DNA of 32,000 nucleotides. Source: Desulfotalea psychrophila LSv54. Its GTDB lineage: Bacteria; Desulfobacterota; Desulfobulbia; Desulfobulbales; Desulfocapsaceae. Made by a program: the position numbers and the translations under genes. The notes beneath the pieces are model-generated. The model was not told the DNA's origin and did no database searches. It worked only from the letters and a program-made list of their open reading frames with translations. Positions 9,283 through 18,437 of this stretch are shown here, one piece after another. Location: positions 3,330,001 to 3,362,000 of the forward strand of contig NC_006138.1 in assembly GCF_000025945.1 (NCBI RefSeq), written 5' to 3'. Position 1 is the stretch's first letter. Each line of letters starts with the position of its first letter.

Positions 9283-10998
9283 ATGACTTGCAAGAAAGAG
9301 TTCTCCCTCGAAAAGATCTCCAGCCCAGGGCTTAAAGTGGGAGAGAAAGAGCTAAAAGCCCCAGAGGCCAACCTTCAGAAAAACCGCCTGAGCCTACTCC
9401 AGGAGGCCGCCTTTGAGCCCATGGCCATCTTCGACAAAGAGAGGAAATGTCTTGAGGCCAATGACATCCTCCTCGATGTCTTTGGCTACAGCGCAGAGGA
9501 GACAATAGGAGCCAATCTCCATAAACTCTTCGCCCCAAGACCTGAGGGAGAACTTGAACACAAAACAATCGGCCGTTTTTTTGATTCCTATGAGGCTACC
9601 ATGTTGCGCAGGGATGGCTCAAAGTTTCCCGCCCTCGTTCAGGAAAAAGAGCTGAGATACCAAGGAGAAACAGTTCAGGTAATTAAATTCCACGACATCA
9701 GTAAGAGTAAGGGAATACAGGAAAGATTAAAATTTGCCCTGGCCGAACTCGATACAATCTTTACCAACTCCATGGTGGGTATTGCCCTTATTGACGCGAG
9801 CAGAATAATTCGCCGCGCCAACCCCCGCTTCTCTGAAACTCTCGGCTATGGTAATCCCCAGAACATTGTGGGAATGGACATCAAAGAACTTTATTTTTGC
9901 GAAAAAGAGTTTGAGGCCTTTGGCATACACTATATCACCACCCTCAAAGAAAACGGTATCGTCCATACAGATGCTAAATTTAAATGCAAAAATTCCTCTC
10001 CCATATGGGCCCGTGTTGTAGGCAAGGCCATCGACCAAAACGATCTGAATAGAGGCATTATCTGGATAGCCGAAGACATCACAGAACAGAGAACAACTCA
10101 AAAAGAACTACAGCTAGCCTACAATGAGCTAGAAGCTATATTCAACAACAGCTTGGTAGGCATTTTATTGCTAGGCCAGAACCGCAAAATACATCGTGTC
10201 AATAAGCGCCTTGCAACTATTCTTGGATACGATGAACCACTGGAATTATTAGGAAAAGGCGTGGAAAAAATTCACCTCTCTGAAAAAAATTTCAAGGAAT
10301 TTGGCGAAAAGCACTACAACTCTCTCAAACAGAGGGATGTTTTTCAGATCGATTATCAGCTCAAACGAAAGGATGGCTCCCCGGCCTGGGTCACCCTGTC
10401 AGGACAGGCTCTGGATTCAGCCGATCCACCCGATCTTGACAAGGGGGTGCTGTGGATGATGGATGATGCCACCAAGAGAAAAAAGGCGGAAGAGAAACTG
10501 GTGAGGATAGCGGCCACCGACTCATTAACAAAACTGAATAACCGTCGCCATTTCTTCAGCCTGGGTCATGAAGAGTTGGCCCTTCACCTGCACAATGCCC
10601 AACCCCTTTCTGTCCTTATGCTTGACATTGATCACTTCAAAAATGTTAACGATACCCTGGGTCATCAGGCTGGAGACAAGGTCCTGAAGATATTTTCAAA
10701 GATTTGTGCAGTCAACCTGCGCAGTGTTGATATTATTGGTCGCATTGGCGGGGAAGAATTTGCCGTAATACTTACCAACACGCCAAGATCACAGGCTCAA
10801 AGAACGGCAGAGCGCATTCGTCTGGCCATAGAGACCTCTCCAGAATTTACAAAACAGTCCCTGCCAAAAATCACGGTAAGTATCGGCATTGCAACCAATC
10901 AACCGCCAGAGAACCTCGATGCTATCATCTGCCGTGCCGATAAAAATCTTTACCAGGCAAAGTCCAATGGTCGTAACCGAATAGAGCCTAACCCCTAG
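9283..10998 (+). CDS. Sensor diguanylate cyclase with three PAS/PAC-like modules and a GGDEF domain
   Basis: The 571-aa ORF has three repeats of the PAS/PAC pattern (...RRDGSKFPA..., ...CKNSSPIWARV...WIAEDITEQ, ...RKDGSPAWVTL...WMMDDATKRK). These are followed by ATDSLTKLNNRR and GGEEF, with an RSVD I-site 5 residues upstream. Confidence 0.9.
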   Translation: MTCKKEFSLEKISSPGLKVGEKELKAPEANLQKNRLSLLQEAAFEPMAIFDKERKCLEANDILLDVFGYSAEETIGANLHKLFAPRPEGELEHKTIGRFFDSYEATMLRRDGSKFPALVQEKELRYQGETVQVIKFHDISKSKGIQERLKFALAELDTIFTNSMVGIALIDASRIIRRANPRFSETLGYGNPQNIVGMDIKELYFCEKEFEAFGIHYITTLKENGIVHTDAKFKCKNSSPIWARVVGKAIDQNDLNRGIIWIAEDITEQRTTQKELQLAYNELEAIFNNSLVGILLLGQNRKIHRVNKRLATILGYDEPLELLGKGVEKIHLSEKNFKEFGEKHYNSLKQRDVFQIDYQLKRKDGSPAWVTLSGQALDSADPPDLDKGVLWMMDDATKRKKAEEKLVRIAATDSLTKLNNRRHFFSLGHEELALHLHNAQPLSVLMLDIDHFKNVNDTLGHQAGDKVLKIFSKICAVNLRSVDIIGRIGGEEFAVILTNTPRSQAQRTAERIRLAIETSPEFTKQSLPKITVSIGIATNQPPENLDAIICRADKNLYQAKSNGRNRIEPNP

Positions 10999-11117
10999 GA
11001 CACCCTTTCGACCACGGCAAACCCTTGACCAAAGAAGGTCCCTTGCTGTATCATTCTTTCTCTTATCAATTTTTTTGAAAGCAGTCTTTGATATTATTAA
11101 ACAAAAAAGGAATAGCC

Positions 11118-12632
11118 ATGACCACCATCAAGAAAAAAGACTTTGTCGATTCTATTGCTGAAAGTTTACAGCATATCTCCTACTACCACCCCCTCGACTT
11201 TGTAAAGGCGATGCACGCAGCCTATCTGCGTGAGGAAAACCCCGCGGCCAAGGACGCCATAGGCCAAATTCTGATCAACTCCAAGATGGCTGCTGTCGGA
11301 AAAAGGCCTATCTGCCAAGATACGGGCATCGTCAATGTCTTCTTAAAGGTTGGAAAAAACTGTCAATTTGACTGCTCAGAAAGCCTGCAAGAACTGGTAG
11401 ATGAGGGGGTACGTCTTGCCTACGGGCATCCAGAAAACCCCCTACGCGCCTCCGTTGTCAAAAGTCCTGCAACCAACCGTCTCAATACCAAGGATAACAG
11501 CCCGGCCATTGTCTATACAGAGATTGTTGAAGGTAACGGGATCGATATAAGTATAGCAGCCAAGGGCGGTGGTTCAGAAAATAAGACCAAATTGGCCATG
11601 CTCAACCCCAACGACTCAATCGTTGACTGGGTCAAGAAAGTTGTCCCCACCATGGGCGCGGGCTGGTGTCCTCCGGGGATAATCAGCCTTGGGGTCGGTG
11701 GTACTGCTGACAAGGCTATGGTCCTTGCCAAGGAGGGACTCATGGCAGCCGTTGATATGCCAGAGATTCTCGCACGCGGACCAAAGGACAAGGTCGAAGA
11801 GTTGCGAGTGGCCCTCTACCATGCCATAAATGATCTGGGCATTGGCGCCCAGGGTCTCGGCGGACTCACCACCGTAGTCGACGTCAAATTAGCAGAATAT
11901 CCGACCCACGCGGCATCTCTGCCCGTGGCCCTTATTCCAAACTGCGCAGCAACCCGTCATACCCACTTTCATCTTGACGGCAGCGGCCCCGCCGAATTTC
12001 CACGTCCTGATATAACCCAGTGGCCGGACATCTCTCTTGCTGCGGGCGACAAGGTTAAACGTGTCCACCTTAACAATATAACCAAGGAAGAGATTGCCAC
12101 CTGGCAAACCGGTGAGACCCTCCTTCTCAACGGTAAAATCCTCACCGGTCGTGATGCCGCCCATAAACGCATCAAGGGACTGCTCGATGCGGGAGAGCCA
12201 CTACCTGCGGGGGTTGATTTCAACGGACGATTTATCTATTACGTAGGCCCCGTTGATCCAGTCGGCACCGAGGTGGTTGGACCCGCCGGCCCCACAACAT
12301 CTACCCGCATGGACAAGTTTACCGACATGATGCTAGAAGAGGCGGGCCTCTTTGGTATGATTGGCAAATCAGAACGTGGCGATGAAACCATTGAGTCCAT
12401 CAAGAAAAACAAAGCTGTCTACCTGATGGCCGTAGGCGGAGCCGCCTACCTTGTCTCCAAGGCAATCAAAAAATCCCGGGTGGTGGCCTTTGCCGATCTC
12501 GGAATGGAGGCCATCTACGAATTTGAGGTGGAGGATATGCCAGTGACCGTGGCCGTCGACGCCCGAGGAGAGGCAATCCACAAAACAGGGCCCACCTTTT
12601 GGCAGGAACATATCAGGCAGATGAAGAGATAG
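11118..12632 (+). CDS. Class I (Fe-S dependent) fumarate hydratase, fused alpha/beta type
   Basis: Track ORF 11088..12632. It contains RPICQDTGIVNVF, AAKGGGSENK, CPPGIISLGVGGT and a C-terminal beta-type domain (GRFIYYVGP...GPTTSTRMD...KSERG). I prefer the ATG at 11118 (MTTIKKK) with an AAGGAA RBS over the TTG at 11088. Confidence 0.9.
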   Translation: MTTIKKKDFVDSIAESLQHISYYHPLDFVKAMHAAYLREENPAAKDAIGQILINSKMAAVGKRPICQDTGIVNVFLKVGKNCQFDCSESLQELVDEGVRLAYGHPENPLRASVVKSPATNRLNTKDNSPAIVYTEIVEGNGIDISIAAKGGGSENKTKLAMLNPNDSIVDWVKKVVPTMGAGWCPPGIISLGVGGTADKAMVLAKEGLMAAVDMPEILARGPKDKVEELRVALYHAINDLGIGAQGLGGLTTVVDVKLAEYPTHAASLPVALIPNCAATRHTHFHLDGSGPAEFPRPDITQWPDISLAAGDKVKRVHLNNITKEEIATWQTGETLLLNGKILTGRDAAHKRIKGLLDAGEPLPAGVDFNGRFIYYVGPVDPVGTEVVGPAGPTTSTRMDKFTDMMLEEAGLFGMIGKSERGDETIESIKKNKAVYLMAVGGAAYLVSKAIKKSRVVAFADLGMEAIYEFEVEDMPVTVAVDARGEAIHKTGPTFWQEHIRQMKR

Positions 12633-12651
12633 GGTAGAATAAAGTTTAACG

Positions 12652-12684
12652 CTTCGGGTAAAGCCATTTCGGCTTTACCCCGAG
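12652..12684 (+). terminator. Perfect 10-bp hairpin after the fumarate hydratase gene (terminator-like, no U-tract)
   Basis: GGGTAAAGCC (12656..12665) and GGCTTTACCC (12671..12680) flank a 5-nt loop, starting about 20 nt after the stop codon. No T run follows. Confidence 0.3.
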
Positions 12685-12698
12685 CACCATCTGCTCTA

Positions 12699-12782
12699 AA
12701 CAGCTGTGACTACAGCTAACAGCTGTCAGCTATCAGTTAAAAGCAGCAGCAAAAGCAGTTAACCACAGAGAGCACAGAGGGA
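12699..12782. repeat. Low-complexity short-repeat patch: (A/T)CAGCT x4 including two ACAGCTGT palindromes, AGCAG x3, CACAGAG x2
   Basis: Read directly: ACAGCTGT at 12700..12707 and 12719..12726, AGCAGCAGCAAAAGCAG at 12742..12758, and CACAGAGAGCACAGAGG at 12764..12780. Confidence 0.45.
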
Positions 12783-12939
12783 AGGATATTTAAACTGCTA
12801 AACAACAACAGGAAAGAGAATAACTAATCTATAACATCCCCTACGAAGCAACTCCTTTTATTTTCATAGTACAAAAAATCCGTGTTCTCGATGCCCATGG
12901 CAAATGCTTTTTCTATCACCTATCGCTTGGTGCTAGAAA

Positions 12940-12961
12940 GAGTAGCCTGGGCAGGCTACTC
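12940..12961 (-). terminator. Hairpin downstream of the U32 gene (minus strand), followed by TTTCT
   Basis: GAGTAGCC (12940..12947) pairs with GGCTACTC (12954..12961). On the minus strand the hairpin starts 11 nt after the stop and is followed by TTTCTAGC. Confidence 0.45.
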
Positions 12962-12972
12962 CCAACACCCTC

Positions 12973-14247
12973 TTAACGTTTTTGCCGACGAAGAATAGCC
13001 ACCTCTTCAGCCAACTCGGCCAGAGGTGGTTCTGTTTGCAAAAAGAGACGATTACCAGGATTACCCCGACTGATCTCTTCACCCTTTTCATTTGTCATGG
13101 TCCGAACAGTCAGCGGATAGTTTCTATCATCCCGCCCCATATATTCAATCTCATCACCGAGTTCCAGAGGATTACGCAGTTCAACAAGCACATCCTCCTC
13201 CACCCGACGGACAACGGCAACGGGTTCCCACTCCTGATCAAGACGGGTATGATTATAAAGCATTTCAGCACTGCCCGGCCTATCAATGATAAAATTTTCC
13301 GTCTGCCCCCGGGTACCGGTACGTGCTATCTCCATAAGGAGATGCTCCGGCAGACGTATCTCTTCGGGATCGGCCCAGGCTTCAGCAGGTAGGGTCGCCA
13401 GATAATCGAGGGCAGCCCGGTAGATGCGAACAACCCCCCCCACATAAAAAATTGACTTCATCCGCCCCTCTATCTTGAGGGAATCCACCCCCGCCGCCAC
13501 CAGCTGAGGCAGTTTTTCCAGCAGACAGAGATCCTTGGAGTTAAAGATATAGGTGCCACGCTCATCCTCTTCCACCGGAAAAAATTCACCAGGTCGTTTT
13601 TCCTCTACAAGTGAATAGCTGTAGCGACAGGGATGGGCACAGCTTCCCTGATTGGCATCACGACCGGTCAAATAATTGGAGAGCATACAACGACCGGAAT
13701 AGGAAATACAGAGGGCCCCGTGGACAAACACCTCAAGCTCGCCCCTATTTTCCTCCCGTATCTCGGTGATCTCCTTAAGAGAGAGTTCACGAGCCAGATT
13801 GAGGCGGGAGGCTCCCTGCTCAAACCAGAAGGCTGCAGAACCTGAGTTGGTCACATTAGCCTGGGTGGAGAGATGAATGGGCAGGGAGGGGACAACTGCC
13901 TGGGCCCGCCTTAAAATACCAGGGTCTGAAATAATCAAACCATCAACGCCCAGTTTCTCCAGGCCCAACAAGTACTCGTCCAGTTCAGAAAAATCTCTGT
14001 TGTGGGCAATTATATTTGCGGTGATATAGACCTTCACCCCATGCCGATGGGCATAGTCAAGTCCTGCCTGCATGGCATTTTCACTAAAATTACCGGCCTT
14101 GGCCCGTAGACTAAAGTCCTTGCCACCAAGATAAATGGCGTCGGCACCATAATGTACGGCTGTCACTAATTTTTCATAGTTACCCGCGGGGACAAGAAGT
14201 TCCGGAATGGCAGGACAAACGGCTTTATGACTTTTATTTTCATTCAT
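12973..14247 (-). CDS. Peptidase U32 family protein (family that includes the RNA hydroxylases TrhP/RlhA and UbiU/UbiV)
   Basis: The 424-aa ORF contains EVFVHGALCISYSGRCMLS. This fits the U32 signature E-x-F-x2-G-[SA]-[LIVM]-C-x4-G-x-C-x-[LIVM]-S as I remember it. The N-terminus is PELLVPAGN...AVHYGADAIYLGG. Confidence 0.85.
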   Translation of the reverse strand: MNENKSHKAVCPAIPELLVPAGNYEKLVTAVHYGADAIYLGGKDFSLRAKAGNFSENAMQAGLDYAHRHGVKVYITANIIAHNRDFSELDEYLLGLEKLGVDGLIISDPGILRRAQAVVPSLPIHLSTQANVTNSGSAAFWFEQGASRLNLARELSLKEITEIREENRGELEVFVHGALCISYSGRCMLSNYLTGRDANQGSCAHPCRYSYSLVEEKRPGEFFPVEEDERGTYIFNSKDLCLLEKLPQLVAAGVDSLKIEGRMKSIFYVGGVVRIYRAALDYLATLPAEAWADPEEIRLPEHLLMEIARTGTRGQTENFIIDRPGSAEMLYNHTRLDQEWEPVAVVRRVEEDVLVELRNPLELGDEIEYMGRDDRNYPLTVRTMTNEKGEEISRGNPGNRLFLQTEPPLAELAEEVAILRRQKR

Positions 14248-14546
14248 GGTGCATTATCTTTTTTTATGTTTACTTTTTAAAAGAATTTTAACTATAGATG
14301 CTAGTATCTTTTTTTTGAGGCAACAGGGCAATTAACCTACAAAAGAGCAAAAAGGCAAGAATCTCTTCTCGCGCCAAGAAATATTTTGGCCCCGTTTAGG
14401 CAACATTCTCCTGCGACAAGACCCAGCCACCTCCTTGTCAAGTGACCAAGAGCTCTAGCAAAACTGCTTTTTACCATGGGCGACTTGAGACATTACAATA
14501 TTCAAGATTCCCTTATACAAAACAAACACCTTTTTGACACTCTCTC

Positions 14547-15581
14547 ATGATTAAAAATATTACTGGTATTGCCATGAGCGGTGGCGTTGATTCCACAGCT
14601 ACCGCCATCCTGCAAAAACAAAAGGGCCCGGTCCTTGGCTTTTTCATGAAACTTAACCAACCCGACTACGAAACACAGAGGGACAGGGTTTCACAAATTG
14701 CTCAAAAGCTAGATATCAAACTAGAGATTATTGATCTGACAGAAGAGTTTCAAGAGTATGTGCTTAAATACTTCTCTGCCAGCTATTTTAAGGGACTCAC
14801 CCCCAATCCCTGCATCATCTGCAATAAAGAAATAAAATTTGGTCTTTTCCAGCAGGCCATCCTCAGGCAAGGTGTAGAGAGAATAGCCACGGGCCACTAT
14901 GCCCAAATACACAAAACAGCAGCGGGCTATCAATTACATAAGGGTGTAGATCCCCATAAGGATCAGTCCTACTTTCTCTCCCGCCTCAGCCAGGAACAAC
15001 TCGCCCACAGCATATTTCCCTTGGGCGGAATGCATAAGGGTGCTATCTACGATCTGGTGGAGGCACATGGCTTTCACGATTTCAGAGGCACAGAGAGCCA
15101 GGATGTCTGTTTTTTAGAGCAGGACAATGTCGTCGATTTCCTTGAACAGACAGCGGAATTTTCCGCCTCATCGGGAAACATCGTCATGAACGATGGCAAG
15201 ATACTGGGCAAGCATAAAGGTCTACACCGATACACAGTGGGACAGCGTCGAGGCCTTGGCATATCCTATCCGGTTCCCCTCTATGTCATCAACCTCGATG
15301 TCAAAAACAACAATGTCATCGTTGGAGAAAACGAGCAACTCTTTCACAAAACAATGGCAATCTCCGATATCCACTGGATTAGCCAACCAGAGCGTGAAGA
15401 CCTGCTCCATGCCAGCGTCCATATCCGCTCCACCCATAAAGGCGCCCAGGCCTCGGTAATATTAAAAGAGAACAACCGAGCCAGCGTTATTTTTGATGAG
15501 CCACAAAGGGCTATCACCCCCGGCCAATTTGCCACAATCTACAAAGACACCCAGGTCCTTGGCTCTGGGGTTATTCTCTAG
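14547..15581 (+). CDS. mnmA: tRNA 2-thiouridine(34) synthase MnmA
   Basis: Contains the PP-loop AMSGGVDST, then TPNPCIICNKEIKF, ATGHYA and DQSYFL. It appears collinear with E. coli MnmA as I recall it. Confidence 0.92.
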   Translation: MIKNITGIAMSGGVDSTATAILQKQKGPVLGFFMKLNQPDYETQRDRVSQIAQKLDIKLEIIDLTEEFQEYVLKYFSASYFKGLTPNPCIICNKEIKFGLFQQAILRQGVERIATGHYAQIHKTAAGYQLHKGVDPHKDQSYFLSRLSQEQLAHSIFPLGGMHKGAIYDLVEAHGFHDFRGTESQDVCFLEQDNVVDFLEQTAEFSASSGNIVMNDGKILGKHKGLHRYTVGQRRGLGISYPVPLYVINLDVKNNNVIVGENEQLFHKTMAISDIHWISQPEREDLLHASVHIRSTHKGAQASVILKENNRASVIFDEPQRAITPGQFATIYKDTQVLGSGVIL

Positions 15582-15601
15582 TTACAGACAAAGAATATTT
15601 C

Positions 15602-16906
15602 ATGAAAAGAATATCTATCACCACCCTTGGTTGCAAGGTTAACCAATTTGAATCCGCCTCCTTTTCCGACAATTTATCCCAGACAGGGTACAAAATTGTC
15701 GGCCACAATGAAGAGGCCGACTATATTATCATTAACACCTGCACAGTAACCGCGGCCGCAAGCGCGCAATCACGCCATAGCATCCGCCACGCCCTCCGCC
15801 TCAGCCCCACCGCAAAAATCATTATCACCGGCTGCTATGTAGAGATTGGAGCAGAGGAGATCCAAGCCATCGAAGAGCTCCGGGGGCGTGAATACCATAT
15901 TATCGGTAACAGTTGCAAAGACCAAGTGGTCGACACCATCAGGAGCACGGGAGCCGAGCAGCTGATCCTGGGAGATATCCGCAAGGCAAAAGAGATCTGT
16001 CGCCTGCCCGTGCGCCACTTTGGTGATCGTACCCGCACCTACCTCCGTATCCAGGATGGTTGCCAGAGCTTTTGCACCTATTGCATAGTCCCATTCACCC
16101 GTGGCCCCAGCAGAAGTCTGCCCTTGGATGAGGTGATTGCCCAGACAAGGGCCTTTGCCGAGGAGGGCTATCAGGAGACGGTACTCACCGGCATCCACAT
16201 TGGCGAATGGGGACATGACTTGAAAGGAGGAGAGACCTTTACCGACCTACTTGACCGTCTCTCTGCGGAAGTTCCCCAGATGCGTTTTCGTATCAGCTCC
16301 TTAGAGCCCACTGAAATAAATGCCAGAATCCTTGAGCTCATCAAGACCCGTGCCAACATTTTTCCCCATCTTCATATCCCCCTGCAGAGCGGCAGTGATC
16401 AGATTCTCGCCCGGATGAACAGACATTATGACACCGCTCGTTTTGCGGGAATCATCGAGGCCTGCCACCAGGCAATCCCCAACCTCTGCATAGGCATTGA
16501 TGTACTTGCCGGATTCCCCGGAGAGAGCGAAGAGCATTTTGCCAGTGCCTACTCTTTTCTCCAAAAACTTGATTTCACCTATCTGCATGTTTTTCCTTAC
16601 TCTATTAGACCTGGAACCAAGGCTGCAGAGTTTACAGATCAGGTTGCAAGTGATATAAAGGCTATAAGGGTTAAAAAATTACGAGCACTCAGTGACACAA
16701 AGAAGTCCGCCTTCTACCAAAAGCAGATAGGAAAAACCCTACCCGTGCAGGTGGAGGGAAAAAGAGCTAAGGACGGTTTACTGCGTGGTTATACTGACAA
16801 CTACACCCTGGTCCACTTTGCAGGAGCCGATGATCTGGTACGCTCAAGCGTAGACATTACTCTCTTGGAAAACAGAGATGAATACGTATACGGTAAACTC
16901 GTCTAA
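15602..16906 (+). CDS. mtaB: MtaB-like radical-SAM methylthiotransferase (ms2t6A37 type)
   Basis: The N-terminal MTTase domain has TLGCKVNQFES; GCKVN is MtaB-like rather than the MiaB GCQMN. The radical-SAM motif is CQSFCTYC, and there is a C-terminal TRAM-like region. It starts 20 nt after mnmA. Confidence 0.82.
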   Translation: MKRISITTLGCKVNQFESASFSDNLSQTGYKIVGHNEEADYIIINTCTVTAAASAQSRHSIRHALRLSPTAKIIITGCYVEIGAEEIQAIEELRGREYHIIGNSCKDQVVDTIRSTGAEQLILGDIRKAKEICRLPVRHFGDRTRTYLRIQDGCQSFCTYCIVPFTRGPSRSLPLDEVIAQTRAFAEEGYQETVLTGIHIGEWGHDLKGGETFTDLLDRLSAEVPQMRFRISSLEPTEINARILELIKTRANIFPHLHIPLQSGSDQILARMNRHYDTARFAGIIEACHQAIPNLCIGIDVLAGFPGESEEHFASAYSFLQKLDFTYLHVFPYSIRPGTKAAEFTDQVASDIKAIRVKKLRALSDTKKSAFYQKQIGKTLPVQVEGKRAKDGLLRGYTDNYTLVHFAGADDLVRSSVDITLLENRDEYVYGKLV

Positions 16907-16949
16907 GGGTGTCAATGCTACTTCTTAAGGCCAGGGATGGAGGGATATT

Positions 16950-18191
16950 ATGGATATTGAGATAATTGCAATAGGTGATGAACTCACCTCCGGAAGAATA
17001 CTCAATACCACCTCAAGTTTTGCAGCTAAGCAACTCTTTGAGGCAGGTTATGAAATCTATGGAATGAGCACCATTGGTGACACGCCCGAGGTGATAGGGG
17101 AGGCCCTTAAACGCTCCATTGAAAGGGTTGATGCTGTCCTCGTTACCGGAGGTCTTGGCAGTACCGATGACGATCTGACCAACGAGGCAGTTTCCCGGGC
17201 CTTTGGTCTGCCCACCCTGCCAAACCTGGAGATACTCTCCATCGTCCGAGCCCATTTTGCCCAAATCACCGATGCGCCCGTAGGCCAACTGGAAAAACTG
17301 GCCTGGCTCCCCGAGGGCGCTGAGGTCTTTGATCCACAATCCGGGATGGCCGGATATCAGCTCATCTACGAAGATAAGCCGATTTTCTTCCTGCCCGGTG
17401 TCCCCCATCAGATGAAAGCCCTGATGGTGGAACATGTTCTTCCCCGTCTTGCCACCTGGCACACACACCGCCATGTTTCCACCTTTCAGCGAGTGTTTAG
17501 AATCTTCAACCTCCCTGAAAATGAAGTAAACACCCGGGTGTCCCGCCTCAAGCTGACAAATGATGTCCATATTGGTTACTATCCCGTATTCCCTGAAGTT
17601 CACCTCAGCCTACTTATACGGGACACTAACCCCAAAACAGCCAAGAGGCTCTTTGACTCCTCCTGCCGGGCCATCAAAACTGCTCTGGGAGACCATATCT
17701 ACGGATATGACCGTGACACCATGTCCCAGATTGTCGGACAGGCCCTGGTGAAGAGGGGCATGACTCTGGCTGTAGCAGAATCCTGCACCGGTGGCCTCAT
17801 AGCACAAAAATTAACCGACATGCCCGGCAGCTCCAGGTATTTTCTTGGCGGGGTTACCTCCTACCATAACAGCATGAAAACGGCATTTCTCGATGTACCA
17901 GAGAGACTGATTGAAAAAGAGGGGGCAGTGAGCCCTGAAGTGGCCGAGGCCATGGCCTATGGCATACTGGAAAAGACAGGTGCAGATGTCACCCTCTCCG
18001 TTACAGGTATCGCAGGACCTGGAGGAGGAACCCTGGAAAAACCGGTGGGCACCGTCTATATTGCAGCCAGCACCCCCCACGGCGACTGGGTAAATGCCTT
18101 TCAATTTAAGGGCAGCCGCGAACAGATACGTGAACTCAGCGCCCAGCATAGTCTGGATATTCTACGCAGATACCTCCTCCAAGACATCTAA
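16950..18191 (+). CDS. cinA: CinA family protein (MoCF-like N-domain plus PncC nicotinamide-nucleotide amidase C-domain)
   Basis: N-terminus: IIAIGDELTSGRILNT. C-terminus: LAVAESCTGGL...GGVTSYHN...TGIAGPGGG. It sits in the classical cinA-recA arrangement with a GGAGGG RBS. Confidence 0.9.
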   Translation: MDIEIIAIGDELTSGRILNTTSSFAAKQLFEAGYEIYGMSTIGDTPEVIGEALKRSIERVDAVLVTGGLGSTDDDLTNEAVSRAFGLPTLPNLEILSIVRAHFAQITDAPVGQLEKLAWLPEGAEVFDPQSGMAGYQLIYEDKPIFFLPGVPHQMKALMVEHVLPRLATWHTHRHVSTFQRVFRIFNLPENEVNTRVSRLKLTNDVHIGYYPVFPEVHLSLLIRDTNPKTAKRLFDSSCRAIKTALGDHIYGYDRDTMSQIVGQALVKRGMTLAVAESCTGGLIAQKLTDMPGSSRYFLGGVTSYHNSMKTAFLDVPERLIEKEGAVSPEVAEAMAYGILEKTGADVTLSVTGIAGPGGGTLEKPVGTVYIAASTPHGDWVNAFQFKGSREQIRELSAQHSLDILRRYLLQDI

Positions 18192-18214
18192 CAGCCTCGC
18201 TTCTCTGCAAAGAG

Positions 18215-18264
18215 AATTACCGTGGCCCGCAGCCAAGGGCAAGAGGACCACGGTAATTTTTTTC
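18215..18264 (+). terminator. Rho-independent terminator after cinA
   Basis: AATTACCGTGG (18215..18225) pairs perfectly with CCACGGTAATT (18248..18258). The loop is 22 nt, and TTTTT follows immediately at 18259..18263. Confidence 0.7.
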
Positions 18265-18437
18265 TCCCCCGTCAAGACCCAGCTCTTTTCCCAAAAACAT
18301 CCCACAACCATTGTCACCGCATAAGGAGAGGCTCCTGTTTTTGCCCCGACCATTATGATATAAATGAGCATGGTACAGTAAAAATATCTCTCCTTTCCCA
18401 CAATCCATAATCAAAGACAGATGAACGGGAGGCAAAT

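Noticed and set aside
18365-18384. A LexA/SOS-box half-site (GGTACAGTA) upstream of recA.
   Set aside because: Only one half-site is present. There is no CTGT-N8-ACAG partner, and I saw no match to the Geobacter-type GGTT-N10-ACC box. I cannot call an SOS operator.
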